A DNA stretch of 64,000 nucleotides from Candidatus Latescibacterota bacterium (GTDB lineage Bacteria; Latescibacterota; UBA2968; GCA-2709665): positions 2,048,001 through 2,112,000 of the forward strand of contig OZ242180.1 of the NCBI GenBank assembly GCA_965205485.1. Direction: 5' to 3'. The notes under the pieces were generated by a model. The model was not told the origin of the DNA, ran no database searches, and was given only the letters and a program-made list of their open reading frames with translations. Below, in pieces: positions 39,234 through 49,042 of this stretch. How positions within the stretch are numbered: position 1 is the first letter of the stretch; each line of letters starts with the position of its first letter. The translations under genes and the position numbers were made by a program.

Positions 39234-40451
39234 TCAAGGTTTCTCCGGATAACGCCGCACCGTGTCCGGAGGGCGCCTGGCGGGCTCCTCACCGGTGAAG
39301 GGTTGCCCGATATAGGCGTCGGCTTCTTCGTGGACGCCCCAGACGTTTTCATATTTGCGCACGCGGCGGTAATGGCGGACTGCACGTTCGCGGTCGTTGC
39401 GCAGGTCGGCCAGTTTGCCCAGAATCAGATGCGCGGGGCCAAGCAGCCAGCTCTTCTTTGCTGCTTCCTCGGTATAGATTTCCAGACGTTTGATTGCCGC
39501 GTCCGCGTTGCCGGTGAGATAGAGCCCAAAGCCTTCGATAAAGTCCAGCTTGGTACGCGACCAGCGGTTCAGGTTCCAGTTTCGTTCTTCAGTCAGGATA
39601 CGGATCGATCGCGCGGAGTCGATCAGGGCCTGGCGAAAGTCCTTCCTGCCCCGGATAGTGAGCCCGAAGAGCGCATCCAGGTAACGGATGCGGTAATCCA
39701 GGCTGTGGGGATAGCGCTGGTGCAGGTGTGCAAAACGACGCCGCGCGTCGTCATAGTCCTTCTCGTAATAGAGGGCAATGTAGGCACGGCTGGAAACGGC
39801 GTGCCGCTGGGTAAGGATGCCCTCTCTGGCAACGCGCTCCAGGCGTTCGAGACCGCGTTTCCGGTCGCCGTCGGGAAGCGAAAGGAGCCGGCCGACCATC
39901 CTGAGGAAACGGGGCTGGCGGGCGGCCACGTACTCCGCCAGGCCAAGTCCGAAATGGGCGTCAGCGAGGTCTGGGTTCAATCGTATGGTTTCCTCGAGGA
40001 AGTCCCGGCATTTCAGGCCGTGGAGTACGCCGTCCAGGGGACTGCCGTGGATGAGCGCCAGGCCCGCGCGCAGGCCGTAGGCCTTTCCAAGAAGGAAGAC
40101 CATCTCCGCGTCGTTGTTGTCGTTCTTGAGAGCGCGTTCGGAAAGACTGATAGCCCGTCCGGTCAGGCGGTCGACAGAGTCGACAAAGCGTTCGCCGTCC
40201 GCGAGAAGCATGCTTTCGTTCCAGTAAGAAAGCGCCTTGCCCAGATAGCCCTCGGGTCTTTCAGGCTCAACGGAGATGAGTGAATCGAAAACGGCGTGGG
40301 AGCGGGCATAGCGTTCGTCGAGCATGTAGTCGATCCCCTGTCGGACGGCATGCTGCCTGGGGGTATGCGCGCGGGAAGCGTGGACGATGCCGCAGAGATT
40401 GAGAAATAGCATCGTCCATTTCAGAACTCTGAAGACCGGACGCGGAGACAT
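39234..40451 (-). CDS. exported TPR-containing protein
   Basis: ATG 40451 just after the amidase stop; signal-like N-terminus; TPR patterns (FLLGKAYG, NPDLADAHFGLG, AHLILGKLAD). Confidence 0.8.
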   Translation of the reverse strand: MSPRPVFRVLKWTMLFLNLCGIVHASRAHTPRQHAVRQGIDYMLDERYARSHAVFDSLISVEPERPEGYLGKALSYWNESMLLADGERFVDSVDRLTGRAISLSERALKNDNNDAEMVFLLGKAYGLRAGLALIHGSPLDGVLHGLKCRDFLEETIRLNPDLADAHFGLGLAEYVAARQPRFLRMVGRLLSLPDGDRKRGLERLERVAREGILTQRHAVSSRAYIALYYEKDYDDARRRFAHLHQRYPHSLDYRIRYLDALFGLTIRGRKDFRQALIDSARSIRILTEERNWNLNRWSRTKLDFIEGFGLYLTGNADAAIKRLEIYTEEAAKKSWLLGPAHLILGKLADLRNDRERAVRHYRRVRKYENVWGVHEEADAYIGQPFTGEEPARRPPDTVRRYPEKP

Positions 40452-40455
40452 AGCG

Positions 40456-41808
40456 CTAATCGGCGGAGAGAATCGACGGGGTGAGGTTCCATTCGAGACG
40501 GGATTCGCACCAGGCTGAGATGGAGAGCAGCCGGCTCTCGGCGAAGGGGCGAGCGACGAGCTGGATGCCGGCGGGCAGTCCGTCGGACGAACAGACGGCC
40601 GGCAGGACGATCGTGGGAAGGCCGGCGTAGCTCCAGGGACTGTTGAAGGCGGGGTTGCCGGTGGATGCCAGTCCCGAAGGCGCCGGCGTTGGCGTTGCAG
40701 GGGTGAGGAGCAGGTCCACGCCTTCGAATGCAGCGAGGATCTCCGACTTGAACGCAATCTGGTGGCGTCGCGCCATGGCGTAGTCGACCGCGCCCGCGGC
40801 ACGCCCCCTCTCCATGATCTCCCGAAGGCCGGTGGGGAAGGCGTCCGGCTGGGCGTCATATCGTTCCCGGTGGACGCTTGCCGCGCCGACGGCGAGCAGC
40901 AGCGCGTGATCGTCGTGTACATCAGCAAAGGATCCGGGCATATGCACGTCGGTGAATTGAGCGCCCGCTGAGGCGAGGCGCTCAATGGCGTCGCCGGTTG
41001 CCTCACGCATGGTTGCGTCGGCTTTATCCGGAAAGTACGTGCGAATGACGCCGACGCGGGGGGGACGCGCCAGGGGTTCGATCCGGCAGGTATCGACAGG
41101 AACGTCGGCGCTTAGCGGGTCCAGCGGGTCTCGTCCCGCCAGGCACTGGAGTATGACGGCAGCATCGGCGACTGAACGTGTGAACGGACCCGGATGGTCC
41201 AGTTCGTAGCTGACGGGCAGGATCCCGCGCAGGCTGATCCTGCCGAATGTGGGCTTGAGTCCCACCAGGCCGCAATACGCGGCGGGCCTGCTGATGGATC
41301 CGCCTGTCTGGGACCCCAGGGCCGCGGGACACATCCTCGCCGCGACGGCGGCGGCCGAACCGCTGCTGGAACCACCGGGCGTATGGTCGGGGTTCCAGGG
41401 GTTCCTGGTTTCCGCCGGATCGAAACACGCAAACGGCGTGGTGACCGTTTTGCCGGGGATGACCGCGCCGGACCTCCGCAGCCGGGCGACCACCGCTGCA
41501 TCTTCATCCGGTACCCGGTTGTAGAGATGGCTTGCTCCAGCGGCCGTGGGCAGGCCCTTCACGTCGATGATGTCCTTTATCCCAACCGGGATTCCGTGCA
41601 GGGGGCCGCGGTATAATCCGCGGGCGAGTTCCTCCTGAAGACCCCGGGCGGAACGCTCGGCGCCTTCCCTGTCTACCTGGACCCAGGCGTGCAGGCTGCT
41701 GTCCAGGGCTTCGATCTGCGAAAAACAGGCGTGAAGAAGATCCACGGGAGAGAGACGGCCGGACCGGATCAGTTCCGCCGCCTGGGTTATGGTAAGCGTA
41801 TGCGGCAT
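40456..41808 (-). CDS. amidase signature family enzyme
   Basis: GPLHGIPVGIKD, GKTVT, TPGGSSSGS, GSQTGGSISRPA. Confidence 0.92.
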   Translation of the reverse strand: MPHTLTITQAAELIRSGRLSPVDLLHACFSQIEALDSSLHAWVQVDREGAERSARGLQEELARGLYRGPLHGIPVGIKDIIDVKGLPTAAGASHLYNRVPDEDAAVVARLRRSGAVIPGKTVTTPFACFDPAETRNPWNPDHTPGGSSSGSAAAVAARMCPAALGSQTGGSISRPAAYCGLVGLKPTFGRISLRGILPVSYELDHPGPFTRSVADAAVILQCLAGRDPLDPLSADVPVDTCRIEPLARPPRVGVIRTYFPDKADATMREATGDAIERLASAGAQFTDVHMPGSFADVHDDHALLLAVGAASVHRERYDAQPDAFPTGLREIMERGRAAGAVDYAMARRHQIAFKSEILAAFEGVDLLLTPATPTPAPSGLASTGNPAFNSPWSYAGLPTIVLPAVCSSDGLPAGIQLVARPFAESRLLSISAWCESRLEWNLTPSILSAD

Positions 41809-41994
41809 GGGTCGACACCGTTGGAAAAAGCAAAACCGCGCGCGGCGAATGGCAGAAGATGCGGATTCCGATGGATCGTCTCACGTAAATCTATATGATG
41901 TATAACATCACCGATGGACCACAAGATAATGTAAAACAGTATATTAGAGCAAACTTCCCCTTGACTATAAAAAAACATTGGCTTATCTTTCAAT

Positions 41995-42240
41995 TGCTCT
42001 CAACTGGCATGCGATTGAGACATCCCTTCTTTCGGAACCCCGTGGCCGATACCCCTCCGGCCGTTCTCCGGGGTTGCCGGATCCGGAAATCCTCCGTTCC
42101 CCCGAAACTGCATTTCCTGACAGTTCGGTCCGCATTTAATGAGCCCGGAAACAGGAGACGTGCCCGGCAGCCGGATTCCAGTGGCGGAATCAACTCTCCA
42201 CGGCTGTCGTGTGAACCTGTTTTCCGGGCTCTTTCTTCCG
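41995..42240 (+). ncRNA. candidate structured non-coding RNA of unknown family
   Basis: TTGACT-N16-TATCTT at 41961-41988 faces a region with no credible ORF, several stems, and a final long hairpin (42141-42231) followed by TTTCTT. Confidence 0.4.
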
Positions 42241-42306
42241 CGGAGTCGCCGGATAAGCGCGCCTTCGGGATTTGCCAGGGTGTTGCGTGACCGGGTGCGG
42301 CAGCGT

Positions 42307-42777
42307 TTACCTGTGATACGGCTCACGTCGCATGATGGTAAACGCTCTGTAGATCTGCTCCAGGAGAACCAGACGCGCGATCTCGTGCGGAAAAGTGAAG
42401 GAAGAGAGCGAAAGACGCCAGTCGGCGCGCCGGATGACCCGGGTGGACAGACCGGATGGACCGCCAACGACGAACGCGATTCGGCCAATGCCTTCCAGGC
42501 CGATTTTCAGGATGCGCCTTGCGAGGCCATCCGAACTGCAGGACTCTCCGTTCGGATCCAGGACGACCATAAATGCGTTTTGCGGAAGGCGCCGGAGGAT
42601 GCGTTCGCCTTCCCTGCAAAGGCTATCGGCAGCGGCGCCCTTACGTGGCGCGGGTTCCTCTCTGACTTCGATATGCTCCAGGCTGGCGTATCTCCGGATG
42701 CGATCGATGTAGTCCGACACCCCTTCCCTCAGGTACGGCTTTCGGCATTTGCCAACCGCCAGCAGCGTGATTTGCAT
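42307..42777 (-). CDS. rlmH: 23S rRNA pseudouridine-1915 N3-methyltransferase
   Basis: MQITLLAVGK, REGERI, FVVGGPSG, LSLSSFTFPHEIARLVLLEQIYRA, PYH; ATG 42777. Confidence 0.95.
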   Translation of the reverse strand: MQITLLAVGKCRKPYLREGVSDYIDRIRRYASLEHIEVREEPAPRKGAAADSLCREGERILRRLPQNAFMVVLDPNGESCSSDGLARRILKIGLEGIGRIAFVVGGPSGLSTRVIRRADWRLSLSSFTFPHEIARLVLLEQIYRAFTIMRREPYHR

Positions 42778-42817
42778 TGGATAATGATAAGGACAAGTTC
42801 GGATTTGCACAAGGGGC

Positions 42818-42846
42818 TTGTTCCAACCTGCGAAAACGGGTATAAT
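42818..42846 (+). promoter_or_regulatory. sigma70-type promoter upstream of the S55 peptidase gene
   Basis: TTGTTC-N17-TATAAT. Confidence 0.55.
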
Positions 42847-42978
42847 ATCCGGGTAGATAAAGCAAGGTCTGATATTGATTTGCAAGTACTTAGAACGTTG
42901 CAGAACTTGACTTTTCCGAGGTCGCGCCGTAGATTTCGTGGCTCCCGTACCGATCGAGGAGAAAGGGTCTGTGTCGTG

Positions 42979-44784
42979 ATGCGTCTGCTGAAAATCTCAC
43001 TGACCGCTCTGTTGTGGTGCACAGTTGCCGGCAATGCCAGGGCGACCGTGGAGACAATGCCCGTCGAGGAACTCCGGAGAGGGATGCGGGGCATCGGCCG
43101 GACGGTCTTCCAGGGTACGCGAATCGATACGTTTCACGTTGAAATCCTGGGCGTACTGCACAACGCGATCGGTCCAGGGAGCGACCTGATTCTGGCCAGG
43201 CTGTCCGGCGGTCCCCTGTCCAGGACTGGAGTGATTTCGGGGATGAGCGGAAGTCCGGTCTATGTCGATGGTAAGCTGATCGGCGCCGTATCGTATCGCA
43301 TTGGCGCTTTTGCCAAGGAACCCATCGCCGGAATTACGCCAATTGCGGCAATGGTTGATCTCTTCAATCGGCCGCCGGCGACGGAAGGCGTCAGTTCGGC
43401 GGCCCGTCTGACGCAAGCCGGCGCACGCCGTCTGATCGATCTCACGGGGATGGATGCGGCTGAGTTGCAGCCGATCAGCCTGCCGATCGTGATTTCCGGT
43501 TTTGCGCCGCAGGCGGTCGCTGATTTCCGACAGGCGTTTTCGAATACAGGTTGGACGCCGGTCCAGGGCGGTGGTGGCGAGGACCCGGGCCTGCCTGCCG
43601 GTACGTTCGAACCGGGCGCCGCGCTTGGCGTGCAGCTGGTACGTGGCGACCTCAGCGTTACGGGAATCGGAACGCTCACCCATCGCGATGGGGACCGGGT
43701 GGTCGGGTTCGGACATTCCATGATTTTTGGCGGTGCTACCGCGCTGCCAATGACGGGAGCCTACATTCACGAGATCTTGCCAAGTCAATTTGCGTCGTTC
43801 AAGCTGGGTGTCGCCGGGCAGACCGTGGGCGCCATCGTTCAGGACCGCGCCCCCGGCATTGCCGGCACCATCGGTCTCGACGTTGACATGATGCCGGTGA
43901 GTATCAACCTGCGTTCTCCGGGGAAGGAGGCGCACTTCGGTATGGAGGTCCTGCGAGACCGCGACCTCAGCCCGACGCTCTTGCGAATCGCGGTTTTCAG
44001 CGCGATGATTTCGTCCGAGAAACTGACGGGAGAGGTAACGGTGAAGTCCCGAGTGAGAATCGACCTGAACGGACGTCCCTCGGTGGAAGCGGAAAACGTC
44101 TATGCCGGCGCGCTTGGGCTGGGCAATGCGGTACTGGGTGTCACCACGCCGTTTGCGAGCCTGATCCGGAATCCGTTCCAGCCAATCAGGATCGAGAAGG
44201 TCACCTTCGACCTGGACGTGGAAGCCGAACGGGCGCATACCGCCCACATCAAGTCCATCGGCTTACAGAAGACTTCGTTTCAGCCTGGCGATACGGTTCG
44301 CGTCACGGTTTCATTAAGGACCTACCGGGGTGGACTGCGGCAGGTGGATGAGGCAATGGTCATACCAAATCAAACGCCGGGCGGCCGGCTGATTCTCCGG
44401 GTTTCCAGCGCATCCGACCACGTGAAGCAGGAGGCCAAGCGGGCGCCGGGTGAATACAACGCCAGAGATCTGGATCATCTCATTCACCTGTTGGGGCGCG
44501 CCGGCCGGAACAACGAAATGGTTGTTGAATTGCTGTCCGGCGCCCCGGGCGTGACAATTGAGGGACGGGAGGTGTCAAGGCTGCCGTCGTCGGTGCTTTC
44601 GGCGCTTCAGTATTCCCGCTCGTCGGATGCGGTAAAACAGGTTCGGCAGACCGTCGTTCAGAGGGCGCGTATTCCGACGGACTTTGTGCTGTCTGGAAGT
44701 CAGATCGTTGTACTGAATGTGAACCGGAAACGGAACGGCGTTATATTCGCCGAGGGTGGGGGCGCAGGCGGAAAGGGGAAGTAG
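42979..44784 (+). CDS. exported SpoIVB-like peptidase S55 domain protein
   Basis: ATG 42979 after AGGAG; signal peptide; GVISGMSGSPVYVDGKLIGAVS, GTLT..VVGFGH, QDR..GI motifs. Confidence 0.88.
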   Translation: MRLLKISLTALLWCTVAGNARATVETMPVEELRRGMRGIGRTVFQGTRIDTFHVEILGVLHNAIGPGSDLILARLSGGPLSRTGVISGMSGSPVYVDGKLIGAVSYRIGAFAKEPIAGITPIAAMVDLFNRPPATEGVSSAARLTQAGARRLIDLTGMDAAELQPISLPIVISGFAPQAVADFRQAFSNTGWTPVQGGGGEDPGLPAGTFEPGAALGVQLVRGDLSVTGIGTLTHRDGDRVVGFGHSMIFGGATALPMTGAYIHEILPSQFASFKLGVAGQTVGAIVQDRAPGIAGTIGLDVDMMPVSINLRSPGKEAHFGMEVLRDRDLSPTLLRIAVFSAMISSEKLTGEVTVKSRVRIDLNGRPSVEAENVYAGALGLGNAVLGVTTPFASLIRNPFQPIRIEKVTFDLDVEAERAHTAHIKSIGLQKTSFQPGDTVRVTVSLRTYRGGLRQVDEAMVIPNQTPGGRLILRVSSASDHVKQEAKRAPGEYNARDLDHLIHLLGRAGRNNEMVVELLSGAPGVTIEGREVSRLPSSVLSALQYSRSSDAVKQVRQTVVQRARIPTDFVLSGSQIVVLNVNRKRNGVIFAEGGGAGGKGK

Positions 44785-44876
44785 GCCACCCCAGGCAACG
44801 CCGTCTTCGGACTCCCGGGCGATGGGAATACGTCGTGGAGACGGCGGACGTTCCGAAAGAATAGGAGATCGGGCTG

Positions 44877-46946
44877 TTGGATCGAGAAAACCGACATGCC
44901 GTCTATCGTATATTGCTGATGAGCCTGTGCTTTCTGCTCAACTGCCTTCTGATTCCAGCGGACGGCGTTGAGCCTGTCGTATGGCGCGACCACACGCAGA
45001 AAGCCTTCGCCAGGGGCGAAGCCGACGGTGTCTCAATAACCAGAGACGGCGCCGTGTTGCTGGCGCCCGAGTTGCAGACCTTGGCGAATACGGGAGAAGA
45101 ATTCGTCTGGGCACTCGCGGAGGGACGAGGCGGTCGATTGTATATTGCTACGGGCAATGGCGGAAAGATCTTTGACTTTGATGGCTCGGGAAAGCCGACG
45201 CTCCTCTTCGATTCTCCCGAAGTGGCCATTTTCAGTCTCGCCGTGGGAACGGACGAGACACTCTATGCCGGCTCCTCCCCGGACGGCATTGTATACCGGA
45301 TCGTTCAGGGCAAAGAACCCGAGACGTTTTGTCGAACCGGAGACGAACACGTCTGGGCGCTGGTTGCGGATGGACACGGAGGCCTGTACGCGGCCACCGG
45401 TGGAAGACACGGACGAATCCTGCGTATCTCCGCGGCGGGAGAGGTCGTCGAGATATATAAGAGCGAAGATCAGAATGTGGTATCCCTGATCAGGGACGCC
45501 GGCGGCAGAGTGTATGCCGGCACGGACCAGAGCGGACTTGTCTACCGTGTCAACGCAGCGGGAGGAGTGGAAGTATTGTACGACGCCGCGGAAGATGAAA
45601 TCCACGCTCTGGCGATGGGACCGGACGGAACCCTGTTCGCGGGCGCAATGTCCAAACGTTCTAAGGGGAGCGGAAAGGGCGGATCTCAACAATCCGCCAA
45701 GGGCCAGGGATCCGCTTCCTCCCGGCAGGTTTCCGTGCTGTATGCGGTCCGCCCTTCGGGTGCGGCGGTTCGTCTATGGACGGTCGACGAGCCGATGCTT
45801 CTGGCATTGCATGCGGACGATCGGGAGATTACGGTGCTGACTGGAGACAGGGGGAGCATTTATCGCGTGAACCTGTCTGGCAGGGCGACGCTGCTGACCC
45901 GGCTGAAAGACGTTCAACCATGGGCGTTCTGCCGGTCAAACTCAGGGGACTTCTGGCTGGGAACCGCTGGAGCCGGAAAAGTGTATCGGTTGGGACAGGC
46001 GTTCGCGCGCGAAGGCAGGCTGGAATCCAGGGTCAGAGATTTCCACCTCGTGTCCAGATGGGGTAAAATCAGGTGGAATGCCGAACCTGCCCCGGATGCG
46101 TCCGTTCAATTCCAGACCCGTTCGGGAAACAGCGAGAAACCGGACAACACCTGGAGTGAATGGTCTTCGGTCTCCCAGGGAGGACAGATTTCCAGTCCGC
46201 CGGCGAGATTCCTTCAGTATCGGGCCGAGTTGAGATCCGTGGCGGGTACGACCACACCGACGATTCGCGAAGTGAGTCTGGTGGGACTCCAGGAGAATCT
46301 GGGCCCGCGCATCCTCGCACTCGTCGTCTCGCCCATCGAGGCGCAGGGCAACGGCGCTGCGCCTAAGGACCCCGGAAAGGGCCGAAAGGCGCCAGGTATC
46401 CAGAGGGGTGTCTGGCGGATCTCATGGAAAGCGGAAGACGCGAATAACGACGGGCTGGTGTACGCGTTGTACTATCGGGGTCTGTCCGAGAAGAGATGGA
46501 AACTCCTGGAAGAAAACCTGCGTTCGAATTCCTTCGATTGGCATACGGAGTCCGCGCCCGAGGGTACGATGCTGGTCCGGTTGGTGGCGTCGGACAGGTT
46601 GACCAATCCGGAGGAAACCGCGCTGGCAGGCGAGATGGTCAGCCGGCCGTTCGATCTTGACCACACACCACCCTCCGTCGCGCTGCAGATACGACAGGTT
46701 GCGGGCGGGGTTCGTATCGAGGGATCGCTGAACGACGCCGCGAGCCCGATCTGGAAAGCGGCCTATGCGGTGAATTCAGGAGAGTGGAAGGTGGTCTTTC
46801 CAGTCGATCGTATTTTCGACTCCAGAACGGAATCCTTGCGTTTCGAAATTCAGGATCTTGCGGCGGGGGAATACACGGTCGTCGTCCGTGCGACCGATGC
46901 GCTGGGCAACGTGGGGGTAGGCACAGCGACGGTCGACCTCAATTAA
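44877..46946 (+). CDS. exported beta-propeller repeat protein with beta-sandwich C-terminus
   Basis: Repeated [VI]W/H-AL..G.LYA[GA]T..G.[VI]YR blades; QTRSGN..PD.TWSEWS; C-terminal Ig/FN3-like strands. Confidence 0.8.
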   Translation: MDRENRHAVYRILLMSLCFLLNCLLIPADGVEPVVWRDHTQKAFARGEADGVSITRDGAVLLAPELQTLANTGEEFVWALAEGRGGRLYIATGNGGKIFDFDGSGKPTLLFDSPEVAIFSLAVGTDETLYAGSSPDGIVYRIVQGKEPETFCRTGDEHVWALVADGHGGLYAATGGRHGRILRISAAGEVVEIYKSEDQNVVSLIRDAGGRVYAGTDQSGLVYRVNAAGGVEVLYDAAEDEIHALAMGPDGTLFAGAMSKRSKGSGKGGSQQSAKGQGSASSRQVSVLYAVRPSGAAVRLWTVDEPMLLALHADDREITVLTGDRGSIYRVNLSGRATLLTRLKDVQPWAFCRSNSGDFWLGTAGAGKVYRLGQAFAREGRLESRVRDFHLVSRWGKIRWNAEPAPDASVQFQTRSGNSEKPDNTWSEWSSVSQGGQISSPPARFLQYRAELRSVAGTTTPTIREVSLVGLQENLGPRILALVVSPIEAQGNGAAPKDPGKGRKAPGIQRGVWRISWKAEDANNDGLVYALYYRGLSEKRWKLLEENLRSNSFDWHTESAPEGTMLVRLVASDRLTNPEETALAGEMVSRPFDLDHTPPSVALQIRQVAGGVRIEGSLNDAASPIWKAAYAVNSGEWKVVFPVDRIFDSRTESLRFEIQDLAAGEYTVVVRATDALGNVGVGTATVDLN

Positions 46947-47109
46947 CAGCCCGTTGATAAGGCCCATCCGGGCTACGGCCGGCCCTTGCGGTCGAAATAC
47001 TGCGTTGCGCACCCTCGCCGAATCGCAGGATGGGACTCGGTCGCGCGCCTTGTCTTCGACCACAATGGCTCGGCCTCGCCTGCAGAGCGACTTTTTCAAC
47101 GGACTGCTA
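46944..47109 (-). mobile_element. MITE family A, full-length inverted copy starting at the upstream TAA stop
   Basis: Reverse complement of 5525-5690 with 6 mismatches; TA on both flanks. Confidence 0.88.
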
Positions 47110-47159
47110 AGCCTCGTCCACGCCTGGCCATTCATCTTCCCGGCGATACAGGGCGGTTT

Positions 47160-48260
47160 ATGACGGATGCGGATTATATGCGGCTGGCGTTGTCGCTGGC
47201 CGAGAAGGGACGCGGTCGGGTACGGGACGGTGCGCTTGTGGGTGCGGTGGCGGTTCGGGAGGGCCAGATTATCGGAAAAGGTTACTACCCTGAATCCGGA
47301 ATGCCGCACGCGGAGGTTTACGCGCTTGAAGGAATGGCCGACGGAACCCCAGGCGTAACATTGTACGTGACCCTCGAACCATGCGCACATACCGGCCGTA
47401 CGCCGCCGTGTGTGGATTTGTTGATCAAGAAAGGGGTTGCGCGGGTCGTTTGCGGCATGACGGACCCGGACAGACGGGTTTCCGGTAGAGGCATCGACCG
47501 GTTGCGGGAGGCAGGTGTGCGGGTGGAGGTTGGCGTACTCGAGGAAGAGGCGCGTCGACTGAACGAAATATTCGTAAAACACCGGACCACGGGCCTTCCT
47601 TTCGTCACCCTGAAGCTGGCGCAGACCCTCGACGGCCGCATTGCGACGGCTTCGGGCGAGTCGAGATGGATTTCCTCCCACGCCTCCAGGGTTAAGGCGC
47701 ATGGGCTGCGTGCTGAAGCGTCCGCGGTCATGGTCGGAAGGGGGACTGTAGACGCGGACGATCCGGCGCTGACAGTGCGGCATCTGGACGGTCCGGATCC
47801 GGCCAAGATCGTGCTGGACAGTCGCCTCGAGATATCACGGGACGCAAAGGTATTCAACGGGGCGGCGTTGATTCTCGCCGCAGCGCAAGGCGTCTCAAAA
47901 AAAAAAGTCGAAGCGATGGAGACGCGCGGCGCCCGCGTATGGGTCAGTCCGCCAAAGGATGGAAGGCCCATGCTCCGGGACGTGCTTTTCCGTGCCGGCG
48001 CAGAGGGATTTACCCATGTGTTGATCGAAGGCGGAGGTGCAGTGGCTGCTTCCGCGATGCGCGAGCGGTTGATCGACCGGCTCGCGGTGTTTATCGCGCC
48101 GGCGATTCTGGGAAGAGGGGTTGATTCGGTTGGCGACCTGGGAATTACAAGAATGGCCGATGCGATTCACCTGAATCAGGTCGACGTGGATTGGACCGGC
48201 CCCGACTTGTTCTACACGGCGCGGATGAAGGACGCGGCAGTTCCTGAACGGAAGGCGTGA
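47160..48260 (+). CDS. ribD: riboflavin biosynthesis deaminase/reductase
   Basis: PHAEV, YVTLEPCAHTGRTPPC, KLAQTLDGRIA..SRWIS, DDPALTVR, IEGG; ATG 47160. Confidence 0.93.
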   Translation: MTDADYMRLALSLAEKGRGRVRDGALVGAVAVREGQIIGKGYYPESGMPHAEVYALEGMADGTPGVTLYVTLEPCAHTGRTPPCVDLLIKKGVARVVCGMTDPDRRVSGRGIDRLREAGVRVEVGVLEEEARRLNEIFVKHRTTGLPFVTLKLAQTLDGRIATASGESRWISSHASRVKAHGLRAEASAVMVGRGTVDADDPALTVRHLDGPDPAKIVLDSRLEISRDAKVFNGAALILAAAQGVSKKKVEAMETRGARVWVSPPKDGRPMLRDVLFRAGAEGFTHVLIEGGGAVAASAMRERLIDRLAVFIAPAILGRGVDSVGDLGITRMADAIHLNQVDVDWTGPDLFYTARMKDAAVPERKA

Positions 48261-48325
48261 ACCCGGGACCGGGACGGCGGGTCTCTGATTCTGCATACCG
48301 CGGGGCCCGCGAAAGGATATGCACG

Positions 48326-48982
48326 ATGTTTACGGGGATTGTCGAGGAAGTGGGGCGGGTGCGTGCGATTCAGAGGCGGACGGGGTATCAGCGCACGACG
48401 GTTGAAGCGAAGCGCGTGCTGGAGGATGTCTCTGTTGGTGACAGCATATCTATCGACGGCGCCTGCCACACCGTTGTCGAAGCGGAGCGTCATGCGTTCT
48501 CGTTCGAATCCGTCTCGGAGACCCTTGAACGAACCACCCTTGGGAGACTTGAAACGGGACACAGGGTAAACCTGGAACGTTCGCTGAAGCTGTCGGACCG
48601 CCTTGGCGGCCATCTGGTGGCCGGTCACGTGGATGGGATGGGCAGGGTGATGGAACGCAGGCGATGGGCCGACAACATGACATTCCGGATTGGAATGCCT
48701 GAGGAACTGTCCGCGTATCTGGCCGCCAAGGGATCGATCGCCGTGGACGGGATCAGCCTGACGGTTGTGGCAGCGAGCGCACGAGACTTTACAGTGACGG
48801 TCATTCCGCATACGGCGGAAGCCACGACGATCGGTGAACGCAGGGTCGGCGACGCGGTCAACCTGGAGGTCGACCTGGTGGCGCGGTACCTGGAAAGGCT
48901 GACCGGCGGATGTACGGATAACGGAAATCCGGGGACGTTGCGAAACGTCGGTATTGGAAGTGAAAGAGAAGGGGTTTCGTGA
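48326..48982 (+). CDS. ribE: riboflavin synthase
   Basis: MFTGIV N-terminus, [42 protein letters not shown]. Confidence 0.95.
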   Translation: MFTGIVEEVGRVRAIQRRTGYQRTTVEAKRVLEDVSVGDSISIDGACHTVVEAERHAFSFESVSETLERTTLGRLETGHRVNLERSLKLSDRLGGHLVAGHVDGMGRVMERRRWADNMTFRIGMPEELSAYLAAKGSIAVDGISLTVVAASARDFTVTVIPHTAEATTIGERRVGDAVNLEVDLVARYLERLTGGCTDNGNPGTLRNVGIGSEREGVS

Positions 48983-49042
48983 GAATCGCGCAAGCCGCGA
49001 TCAGTTCGTTTCAACCCTCCACTTTGCCGGGAGCGGCATCTC

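Noticed and set aside
42141..42231. SRP (4.5S) or 6S RNA
   Set aside because: No CAGG..GNRA..AGCA domain IV signature on either strand, and the hairpin is too short for 6S; kept only as an unknown ncRNA candidate.
42139..42978. 280-aa N-terminal extension of the S55 peptidase ORF
   Set aside because: It overlaps rlmH on the opposite strand; promoter, RBS and signal peptide point to ATG 42979.
46947..47159. FMN riboswitch upstream of ribD
   Set aside because: No RFN motifs seen; the space is filled by a MITE family A copy.
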